NCBI GenBank assembly: GCA_964035545.1
Contig: CAXIUT010000144.1
Span: forward strand, 1-28,842
DNA from: Bugula neritina
Taxonomy: Eukaryota > Animalia > Bryozoa
DNA length: 28,842 nt
Direction of reading: 5' to 3'
Shown here one piece after another: positions 1-10,457 of the stretch. Numbering within the stretch: position 1 is the stretch's first letter; each line of letters opens with the position of its first letter. The position numbers and the translations under genes are program-made. Under the pieces are notes generated by a model. It was not told where the DNA came from and made no database searches. It was given only the letters and a program-made list of their open reading frames with translations.

Positions 1-88
1 CCCAACCCCAACCCCAACCCCAACCCCAACCCCAACCCCAACCCCAACCCCAACCCCAACCCCAACCCCAACCCCAACCCCAACCCCA
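1..88 (+). repeat. Left telomere, CCCAA(CCCCAA)13CCCCA
   Basis: Perfect C4A2 repeats at the window start, the Tetrahymena-type ciliate telomere repeat. Confidence 0.98.
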
Positions 89-736
89 TCTATTTATAAC
101 CGTCAAAAAAATGTTAATTATGAATATTAATATGAAACTAATTGGCTTCTACCTAAATAAAAAAAAGTTTATCGTCGTTATCAAAAAGATAATTAGCTTC
201 TGTGGTTTGCAGAAAAGTATGAGTACGATAGTTATCCTACTTTAGGAGATCTAAAGTATCCAGTCTCTCAATAGCTTGGTGTTTAGTATTTGAAATAAAC
301 CAATGCTAGCTTTTAAAAAATAAAAACTGGAGTAGCTTTGGGTCATAGAACTAAATTCTATGTTAGTTTACCAGTAAAACTTAATACTGAAGGTTGTTCC
401 GCTCAAATCAACGTCATCTTCCTGTATGATACAAGACATTGGTCTTACAAGTTTTCTAGTTAGTATACAAGTTTGTCGAAACAAGCTATGGAAAAGTTAC
501 TATCACAGTGTTCTGAGAAGCAATAGTAAGAATTCTCAAGATAAGTTTTAATTAATTCAATGAAAACAAAAGCACACTAATCCCAATCTTAAAAATTAGA
601 TGTTAGCATTCTTGGAAGGAATTTTATCAATCAGTATGTCACTTTTAACAGAGGTATGGTAGACAAGAAAGTCATTGGAAAGTTTTAGTTTGTCAAAAAC
701 GGTCCATAAGAATTTACAGTTAAAGGTTAAAAATGA
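89..736 (+). pseudogene. 5'-truncated paralogue of the 9374-10316 gene; retropepsin-like (aspartic protease fold) domain with DTG replaced by DTR
   Basis: With TAR=Glu the frame is open from the telomere (SIYNRQKNVNYE...) to TGA 734-736, with no start codon at the 5' end. It contains FYVSLPVKLN...NVIFLYDTR...SLSKQAMEKLL...VLINS...DVSILGRNF. 217-436 is ~95% identical to 9802-10022. Confidence 0.7.
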
Positions 737-1000
737 TTTATTTATACTTAATTACAATATATTTTAAAATTAAATTAAATATTAAACAATATTTTGCTTT
801 TAAAAATGAATAAATTCTGATGCAAATAAAAATAAAATCAATATTCTTATGATAAATATTAAGTTTTGAAATTTCAATCTTTCACTATTAATAAAGAGTC
901 AAATATTTATTAATTTGATTAATTCAAGTTCATTTATAATTATAAATTAAGTTGACATATTTCTCTATGAATTTAATTTTAGGGAAATTATTTGAAGTGT

Positions 1001-1171
1001 TCATATTCTTTCATTTTTCTTAGCTTTTTGTTGATATTTTTAAGATAAATATAACTAAAGCTTCAATATTTGATGATCTATTAATCCTTATTTCCTTTAG
1101 TATTATCTTAATTACAAACAATAATTTATATATTCCTTGAATAGCTCTTATTCATTTTTATAGACTTTCAT
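1001..1171 (-). CDS. Possible small ORF (56 aa) or gene remnant
   Basis: ATG..TGA frame MKVYKNEEELFKEYINYCLELREYERKEGL... in an otherwise long AT-rich spacer; no recognisable motif. Confidence 0.2.
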
Positions 1172-1279
1172 CAGCTTTTTACCTCTAACTTTTCTTGAAT
1201 TGATTCTGATCTATTAATATCTGAACTATTTTAATAATAATAATAAAAGCGTTTTATAAACTCTATTAAATATATAATA

Positions 1280-2466
1280 ATGAGACTATCACTTCCCCGT
1301 AAAACGTCAGATCCTCTTTGCTATCGTCTCTACGTCACATACTTCTAAACAACATAACAAATCCTCAACTCTCTCAATAAAGAAGCATTCTATCGCCTAT
1401 CAATTCTTTTCAAAGATAAATAACTAGCTTCCATGATAGAAGGTATCAATCCAGTAATTCTTTCTAATAAAATATTTTTAAGCAATGCATTTATACTTTT
1501 CAGCCAACCGCCTCTCCACCCAAAATTACTTATTAGACTTTGGTATCATTATAAAGGTTAAGACATTGTTTTGGCATAGAGTCAATTGAATTTAGATAAA
1601 ATAAATCGTAAGTTTGCCAACGAATAATAAAAGATATTTCCACAATAAAATTTAGTTTTTGAAGTATTAGGAGGATAACTAAAACTAAAATACAGTTTAT
1701 TTATGTAAAAGACAAAAATAGAACTGGACACTCTCATTCGCAAACATAAATAAAAATAAAAATAGAAAGGAAAGCTAAAAAAACATATAACCACTAAATA
1801 AAAATAATATTCATATCAATAACTAAGAAATAAAAGAATATTATCCTATCAAGAAATATAACCAAGAAAAATACTATCTTCCAGATAAATATCATCAAAT
1901 AAAGCATCACTCAGGTTATATTTGTATTATTTAGTTCATTTAAAATGGATTTTTAAGATTACAGTCCCATCAAAAAACCATCAAAATCAGCTACAGGAAA
2001 TAAAATCAAATTGTCACCCAAAAAATAAATAACTACTAATAAATAACCTTAATGGAAATCAACGATCAACAACAATCAGTAAAATACTAATAATAATAAT
2101 AACTAATAAAAAGATTCATTTATCGATGATAAATAATTTTTAAATCCATCATTCAACTAATCATAAATCTAATCCTTCATCAGCTAGGTCCCCATAGGAC
2201 CAACCATCCACAGAATGATGTCAGTTGTACCAGTTAGATCCAATTCTGTCATTTCTGATGGATCAGAATATTCTTAAATGGTTGCCAATCAACAAGAACA
2301 AACTTATAGTCAAAAAGTTGTTATCAAATTCAAATAAAAAATGAAAAATTGTATCACCATCCTCTTTGTCTGTGTCATTGTCCTTTTATTGTATTTTTTA
2401 CTTATACCCGGTGGCACTTTGAATAAAATATCTAAAAAAAGTAAAATAAAAAAAATAAATAAATGA
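1280..2466 (+). CDS. Hypothetical tail-anchored membrane protein (388 aa), possible N-terminal C2-like domain
   Basis: ATG 1280, one 20-nt GT-AG intron (1915-1934), TGA 2464-2466. C-terminal hydrophobic helix CITILFVCVIVLLLYFLLIP followed by a basic tail. The N-terminal beta-strand pattern (LLIRLWYHYKGEDIVLAESQLNL...GGELKLKYSLF) resembles C2 domains. Confidence 0.7.
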
Positions 2467-2530
2467 TTTTTTCTATTGTTTTTATTGTTTATATTTTAGA
2501 ACTTTGGAATGTGTTAAAAACAAAAAGAAA

Positions 2531-4316
2531 TCAGTTTATTTTCTAGAAACTTACAGCATGAACATATCCATCTTTTAAGTATCCGCTGAAATTAATCATT
2601 TCTCCTTTACTTATATCTTGCTTCTTATATTTGGTACAGTTTCCATAAAGTAAAGTATGTCCTGATTGTAAGGAAAATCCTAGAGAGTTAGAATCATTTA
2701 TCATGTCAGCACCTGTTATAGTTGGAAATCCAAATTGCTAGCAACCAGAAAAGATGTAAGTTGTTGTTGAATTTACTTCTGGAAGTTTAGATGATTGAGC
2801 TAGAACAGTGGCTGTAGCTTTATCTGCTTGCTCTTTTCTTGCCTGAGCCACAAAAAGGTTGTTATCTGCTTGCTGTAAATTGAATTTAGAAATACCTAAT
2901 TTATCCATGGCAAAAGAAAGTTATTTTCTCATTTAAGATACTAAAGAATTAGCATTATTAAGGGCAGAAAATGCTTTTTTAAGAAGATTATTGGCAACTG
3001 ATAAAGTAGCTTCAGCTTAGTCATTCATTTGAATAGCCAAAGTTAAATTATTTTAAGCATTGCTTACAACAAAGTTTGTTTAAAGTTTTTTATCTAATGC
3101 TTTGTCTAAATTTACTTTTAAATTAGAGTATGTTTTAAAAGATAACTGATAAACATTATGAGCATTCTAAGCAGCTGTAAAGGCAGCTTTAACATTTTGT
3201 ATTGCTTGGTTTTTCTTAGCTTGTTGATTAATAAATACATTATTTGATTCTTATAATTATTTGGAAAGCATATTGAATCGTTATTAAGCTATAAATAACC
3301 CTTATTTTGCACTTTAAACAGATATTCTTGAATTATGAACATTAAGGATAGCTAGTTCTACAATATTTTGATAGTTTTATAAATGCTAGTGAGCTCTAGA
3401 TTGAGATATCTAAGCTTTAGCCAATTAAATTGCAGCTTTAGAAGTTAAAGATTAAGTAGACCTTTCTTGCATAGTACTGAATTCAAGAGCAAGAGTTATC
3501 TTGGCATATCTTTATCTTGCTTTCCTTACTTCTTATTTATAGCTTTATACTATTTAAATAGCCTTAAATACAGAATTACTTGCATGAATCTGTTGCTTTT
3601 AAACTTGTTTTAAATTATATTGCACAGGAATATTTCTATGAGGCACTTAAATCAAATTAAAACCTATATTAGTCTTTAAAAATACCTCTAACGAATAACG
3701 GTTGAACATTGAAAGTATAATAACTGTCAGCAATAAGTCCATTAGCATCATTAGCTGAAACTCTGAAAGAATAATATCCTTATGATTTGAGCTATCCTTT
3801 AACGAATCCTGAAGGAGTTCCAGTTAATCCTGGTGGTAAATTGAGATAAGTCCAGGTATATGGAAATTTACCATTATTAGCTTGAAGTTTTAAATTTATT
3901 TTTTTGCCAACCTTATATGTAAAAGATCTTTTTTCACTATTAACCACAATAAATTTGTTAACTTTAGTCTAAGATGATTTTCTATTGAAAACTGACATTG
4001 AGGTAGGAGAATTAAGAATTCTTATGATTATTCTCCTTTCTTGATCAATATCCTATCCTGTAAAGCGAACTTTTATAGGGAAAGATCCTTGCTATCTGGG
4101 AGTACCAGATATGATTCCTTCTTAGGTTCCTTTTAGTTATTCGGGTAAGCCTGTGAAAGAGAATACAGGGTTATCTAGACCAATGACTCTAAATTGAGTG
4201 GTGTAGTATTGTCCTGCAAAAGCTGAGGGTGGCAAAGGAGGACTGAGGAAATAATCTTTAGAATAGCCTTGTAGAGTTAGGAGTATAAAGAAAAAAGGTA
4301 AAAGAGTTCTTATCAT
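2531..4316 (-). CDS. Secreted protein (587 aa): signal peptide + two putative Ig (He_PIG/cadherin-like) domains + long Ala-rich coiled coil + small C-terminal beta domain
   Basis: ATG 4316, 22-nt intron 3664-3685, TGA 2531-2533. Signal peptide MIRTLLPFFFILLTLQGYS. He_PIG-type motifs GLPEELKGTEEGIISGTPREQGSFPIKVRF and PYTWTYLNLPPGLTGTPSGFVKG...GYYSFRVSANDANG. About 270 aa of A/N/Q/K/E-rich helical sequence follow. Confidence 0.8.
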
Positions 4317-4649
4317 GATTTATGTTTTTGAAAAGATAAAAATGTTAAATAATATACAATTAAAAAACGGCGTGCCATTTGATATAAAATATTTGTGATT
4401 AAATGTCCTGATTCAAAGTAAAACAATGAAGTCATTTAGAATATATTGTATTCTACGAAATAATATTTTAAGTTGTTATTATTTTATCAATTTAAATTAT
4501 ATTTATTTTCCGATATAAAATATAAATTTAGTTAATTTTTAAGATATTAACTTATTGATCATAAAAAACTTAATAATAATCAAATAAATTTGAATTTTAG
4601 GTTTGGTAGGTTTTAGTGATAAAATCTTTTGTATAATATCATAAAATTT

Positions 4650-6887
4650 ATGTCAGGATTTTTTAACAAACTAAAACAAGTATTTACAACAAAATAATAA
4701 AAACCTACCTATAAAAAATACTCTACTTCTGAACTAAAGATGATCGCAATGAAAACTCGTCTTCTTCTTTAGCAAAATATCTAAAATCTACATAAACAAA
4801 TTAAAAAAGATGATTAACAATTCAAATACATCGGACAGGATTCATCTAAATTATACACTGTTATGCAACAAATCGGATAAAAAATAATAGAAGTAGAAAG
4901 CGTTAAAATATTAGTTTAAATGGTAAAAAAAATATAAAATCATAGCCATCATATCATCCAAACCAACGGTGATATCTCTTTATTGAGAAAAGAAATACCA
5001 TGGTTCCAATGTATTTTGTGGTATAGAAAATCAAGATAACTCACCAACCTCGAAGACTTCAACTCTTTCTGCTACAACTTCTTCAGAGGAGTAGATGTAA
5101 CCACATAATTAAACGTTCATTGCTAGGTCTTCCAACTCTACCCAATCCTCAAATACCTGCCAAAAAAGAATGTCATTCCTCTTTATGAAATATTGAACTA
5201 TATTCAACCATACGTCAGCTGCAATATCGAACAATCTACACTCGATAGCATCATCAATATCAATAAGAAAGATATCAGTAATCAGGATATCTATCATAAT
5301 CCTCAAGGACAGAGTAAAGTCTTACCTAGTCCTCATCCTCAAATATAACCTTCTGGAATATGGAATAATAATAAAAGTCAGTTTGATCCTCAGAATGTGC
5401 CTCAGCCTTCTAATCCGTATCAAAGTAATGCTTATAATCCTCAAGGAAATCAAGGAAATTATCAAAATAACTCTCAATATAATTCAGGAAATTCATTTTT
5501 ACCGAACAATCCTCCCTATAATCCCTCTCCATATAACAATCAAAATATCAATAATAATAATCCTCAAAATTATAGCAATATTCCTCACAACTTCAATAAT
5601 AATCAAAATAACTTTAACAATAATCCTCAAAATTTCAATAATAACCCTTCTCCTTATAACAACAGTCCATTCAATAAGAGCAATTTTAATCAAAATCAAG
5701 GAGCATCCAACTACAACCCAAATAACAATCCTTACTCTAACGTAGATCCCAATAATCTACCGAATCAACCTCAATATAATCAAAATAACAATGCAATGAA
5801 TATCAATCCAAACCAATTTAGTTCTTTCAATCCTAACAATAATCCTTATCCTAACAATCCTTCAAATATATATCAACCTAATGTGCCTATTATACCAAAT
5901 CAACCTTAACCTAATAAATAAATAACACCGAAAAAGTCATTTTTTAATCATTTAATGAGAGGAGAAACAGCTTAGAGATAACCTATAGAAAAAGAATAAA
6001 TAGATCCATATGGTGAAATTCTTCCATCAGATTAAAATAAAAAATAAGAACTAAGTGATATTTAAAAAACAATGAAGGAATTATAAGAAATGTAAAATAA
6101 AAAACAAGAAGAAGAACAAAATAGAAAGAAAATATAATAAGAATAAAAAAAGAAAATATAAATGTTAAAAGTTTAAGAGGAGTTAAGATTAATCAAAGAA
6201 TAAGAAGAGAGATTAAAAATATAAAAATAGAAATAGTAACAAGAAAGAAAATAGAGATAATAACAATAAAGAAAGTAAAAATAAAATGAATAACAAAGAT
6301 TATTATAATTGAAAAAGCAGTAGTAGTAAGAATAAAGACTTTTCAGATAATATTAATTAAGTATTCGATTAGAATAAGAACAATAATAAAAATAAAAAAT
6401 ATAACAATAAGAAAAAAGAAAAAAACTTGAACAAGAATCAGAATAATAAAGAAGAAGATAGATATAAAGAGAAAGATAATAATATGAGTAAAAAGAAAAA
6501 GAATGGTAAATGGACAAAATTTAAAGAGATCTTGATAGATAAGATGATTTCTAGATCAATGTCTTTGCAGATAACTAAAGATAAGCTATCGATAGAGGTA
6601 CTTCTGGAAGGTTTAGCAATAACTTTGGAATGAAAGTCGATTTCGGGTAAAGATAAGAAGAATAATTTAACTATGACAAACCCTCATAAATTGAAAATTC
6701 ACTTTTAAGATTCAAAAATAAATAGATCAGTGATATCTATCCATCTACACCAATAGTAGAAGAACCTAAAGTGAATGACCGAGCCTAGCAAGATGAACTG
6801 GATAGTTTGAACATAATTCGTTCTAATCCAAATTGTTAGCCATAGACAAATTTCAAATTATTTTACTTCAAAAAGATTCAATCATGA
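4650..6887 (+). CDS. 745-aa protein: divergent IST1-like (ESCRT-III related) N-terminal helical domain, N/Q/P/Y-rich low-complexity region, E/K/R coiled coil
   Basis: Single intronless frame from ATG 4650 to TGA 6885-6887 under table 30; it includes the track ORF 5397-5909. The IST1 resemblance rests on motif spacing only. Confidence 0.7.
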
Positions 6888-6933
6888 TTCAAGTTAGTGA
6901 TTATTATCATTATAATTGACTCTTATTTGACTA

Positions 6934-8501
6934 ATGTAGTAACCAAATGATGACTCCAAGGTGTCCTATTCTGACGAGTAGTCAGTCCTCGAGTAAGATT
7001 AAGATGTGTTTTCTTCTGAAGATATTCCTGAGGAGTTGGAAGGATTTAACCGGACTGAAGTTGGACCAATGGATATCATCTACATTGCTTTTAGCTACTA
7101 CAAAAAAGATTTCTAAGAAGTCTGCCAGCCATTTCAATGTAGAATCAGATTTTCTATTAGCTCCTATACGATCTATCAGGTAGGTTAATGCAACAATGAA
7201 CAGTTCATTGATTGTTTGAAGAAAGTATCAGATTTGATCCATTCGATTTCATATGCTTAGTTAAAGATAAAGGAAGGAGGTTAAATGAGGAGATTTTACA
7301 ATTCTTTTTATTTTAATTCATGTACTTTTAGTTTTAGTTAGTATGTGAGAAGAAGAAGATCAGATTGACCTTTTTTCATAAAAAGATCTATGGATTTTCT
7401 CGTTAACTGCCAAAAGAATACATATCAAACGAACTATTTCAAATTTATAAATCAATAATAATATTTTCTGTCTGTGTTCGACCATTTGGAAGAAGGGCTT
7501 GTCATATAGCTAAAAATTAATACAATAAAATTCAAAAGCACATTATCGAATATGTGAAGTTAACCTTTATCAACTACTAAACCTTTTTCAAATAAAGATA
7601 GATTATTGTAGAATTTGATAAAACTGGCTATTTTGTACATATTCATGGAGTCAAAACCAAATATATTTTAGAAGGAAAAACTACAGTAAAAAATGTTATG
7701 GAATCTTTGGTTTGCTTCTTCGTCAAAGATACTAAAGTTGATGCTAAAGTTATGGTAAAATATCTTAAAAAAGCTACTCTCTACCCAGTCTACTTTTCTT
7801 TATACTCTGCCAACTCATACATAATAATCAGCAAAGATAATATTCTCAAACAACTTCTGACAAAATCACCCAATTTTATGAAATATCTTGGTCTTTAACA
7901 ATCCAAATAAGAAAGACAGGAGACTATAGATCCCTTTGTTGGATTCCATCTCTTTGGTTCTGACACTTTGGATCTAAAAATATAAAAAATCAGATAACAA
8001 TGCCAATTAAAAGGTTATGACATCTATAAAATCAAGGCTGTCAACTACCTCAAGAAAATTTTCATCCAACAAGGAAAAGAAGAATAACATTAGTACAAAG
8101 AACTCCTAATTGATGTCACATTATGTGTTTAAAACTGCAAAAAAAAATACTAACTGATAAAACCAGTCAAAAAATAGATTCTTCCTACTCAAGAGATAAC
8201 AGAAGACTAACTTAAATATCAAATTGTATCAGGAAAAAGAATTCATTCAGAATTAAGCAAAAGATTGAGAAAAGATGTATTGACTGAAAAGGTTCAAATG
8301 AAGAAACAGTTCAATATTGCATATAACGTGATAGAAACCAAAGAAGAAGAAACTTTCTGGACTTTAAAAAAGAATGGAGAAGAAGGAGAATAAATCAAAT
8401 TCTAAGAGATAAAGAAAGGAAGTTTTATGAGAGGATTTAAAAAAGTTGACTAAAGAGGAGAAACTATTATCTATTTTGAAGAATTGCTAACAATGCTATG
8501 A
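6934..8501 (+). CDS. Hypothetical protein (~510 aa) with acidic N-terminus
   Basis: ATG TAG TAA CCA (MEEPNDDSKVSYSDEESVLEEDED...), 20-nt intron 7322-7341, possible in-frame 24-nt intron 7180-7203, TGA 8499-8501; includes track ORF 7698-7898. Confidence 0.7.
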
Positions 8502-8577
8502 TTGTGATACTATTATCTTGTTTAAATTCAATAGTATAATATACCAGATTATAAATTTAAAAATTTAAATAAAGAAG

Positions 8578-9210
8578 ATGAATACTCACCTTTTAACTAT
8601 CCTTTTGATAACTACCTTTGTTATTACAACTACATCAGATCCAAACATTCTTGTCTTCAACCTCAACTCGACCTAATCCAGATAAATAATTGCTCCTCTT
8701 TTCAACTAATACTCATCTCTATCAACAGCTCTAAATAATATCGTTAATTTAAACATGACAACCGAGTTCGTACCTTTATTCAACTACATCCTCTCAAATT
8801 CAACTATTTTTTCTCAACTAATGCCAAATATATCAATAATAAAACCATTTGAATGGACATCATCAATATCAATAGAATCAAAAAGAAATCTCCTACTTCA
8901 AATGATGAATAGTTCCCTCTCTGTTTTCTACGCCCTCATGATGAATGATCAATATCTCGTAAATGAACCTTAATGCCAAGAGATCTTGAACTCAGTTTTG
9001 GCAATCAATTCAACTGAATTAAATACAGCAATATTAACTCCTATAACAAGCACATACTTTAAAAAGAAGAGATGTATATTATCTCTGAGTCATTTAAAGG
9101 AAATAGTTGATAACAATATTACTGAACTGAGTTATGCCCAAAAGTTAGAGTTAGTAGTTGTTATTAAAAGAATCAATGCAGTGCATTCCCTTATTTTCGG
9201 AGTTGCATGA
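8578..9210 (+). CDS. Hypothetical secreted protein (210 aa)
   Basis: Signal-peptide-like MNTHLLTILLITTFVITTTS. Joins track ORFs 8755-8973 and 8986-9210 in one frame when TAA=Glu. Several N-x-S/T sequons. Confidence 0.75.
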
Positions 9211-9373
9211 TATTTTTGTTTTAAGTAAATGAAAGATAGATTAATTTTAGATTAAATTGTTTGTTATATTCATTATTTTATAAACTTTTCCTTTATTTTG
9301 TAGAAATCAAAGGTTATGTTTATAAATAAACCACTTAATAATACTTTTTTCAAGTTAGTTCAAATCACAATAA

Positions 9374-10316
9374 ATGAATATACCTTTCATAGTGAGTCTC
9401 TTTGTCAACTTGTTCCTTATACTCTATATTATGAACAAAGAGTCAAACGATAAGTGTCCTTAAGTCAGAGTATTTGACTGTAAACATTGTAAGAAAAGTT
9501 AGTGTATGAGTACGTAGTTGATTCCCTACAGTAAAGACTATCGCTACAGATAATAATTATCAGCCAATGGATTCACAACATAGTACCAAAAACAAAGTTG
9601 GATATTACCAAACGAATATGCATTAATAAATTATGCACAAAGTTATGAAGGATTAGTTCCTCCTAAAAAGTAAATCTATCATTATCAAAAAAATGTTCAG
9701 TATGAATAGTTTATAATTAATATACCTGAACTTCAACCTTATCAAAAAAGATTTTATTTTCGTTATCCAACTGAGAAATAGTCTAAAGCTTTAATATTTA
9801 GGTATGAGTACGATAGTTATCCTACTTTAGGAGATCTAAAGTATCCAGTCTCAGAATAGCTTGGTGTTTAGTATTTGAAATAAACCAATGCTAGCTTTTA
9901 AAAAATAAAAAACTGGAGTAGCTCTAGGTCACAGAACTAAATTCTATGTTAGTTTACCAGTTAAACTTAATATTGAAGCTTGTTCAGCTCAAATAAACGT
10001 CATCTTCCTGTATGATACGAGAAATTAACCAACTGGATTGATTCTTAAGTAAGCATATTTGTCAAAACAAGTTATGGAAAAGTTACTATCAAAGTGTTCT
10101 GAGAAGCAAGATTTTAATAAATAAGTTTTAATTAATTCTATGAAGGCAAAAGTAGGCTAATCAAGTACTATTATGTCAGATACTAATATTCTAGGACAAA
10201 ATTTTATTGATAAGTATATCTCTTTTAACCATGGCACAGAAAATGGCAAAGTCATTGGAAAGTTTTAATTTATCGAAAATAAAATATAAGAATCAGCAAT
10301 TAAAGGTTAAAAATGA
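9374..10316 (+). CDS. Signal-anchored protein (~313 aa) with Cys-containing stalk and C-terminal retropepsin-like domain (FLYDTR...ILGQNF); one +1 A frameshift at ~9907-9912
   Basis: MNIPFIVSLFVNLFLILYIMN hydrophobic N-terminus. Full-length paralogue of 89-736. An extra A in an A-run relative to the paralogue explains the 943-nt length. Confidence 0.7.
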
Positions 10317-10389
10317 TTCGACTTATGCTTGATTATAAAATTATTATTCATACAATATTTATACAAAATTAGACGAAAAGAAGATTGAA

Positions 10390-10457
10390 GGGTTGGGGTT
10401 GGGGTTGGGGTTGGGGTTGGGGTTGGGGTTGGGGTTGGGGTTGGGGTTGGGGTTGGG
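10390..10457 (+). repeat. Internal telomeric tract GGGTT(GGGGTT)10GGG = right telomere of segment 1
   Basis: Perfect G4T2 repeats, right-end orientation, 73 nt after the stop of the preceding gene. Confidence 0.97.

Noticed and set aside
5109-5745. Track ORFs 5109-5306, 5383-5745 and 5499-5699
   Set aside because: Alternative-frame or antisense shadows of the low-complexity part of CDS 4650-6887.
9504-9514. Third copy of GTATGAGTACG
   Set aside because: Only 11 nt, in a different reading frame, with no flanking similarity; likely chance.
9895-9915. Euplotes-like programmed +1 frameshift
   Set aside because: There is no in-frame AAA-stop motif (TAA is sense here). The extra base lies in an A homopolymer absent from the paralogue, so error or mutation is more likely.
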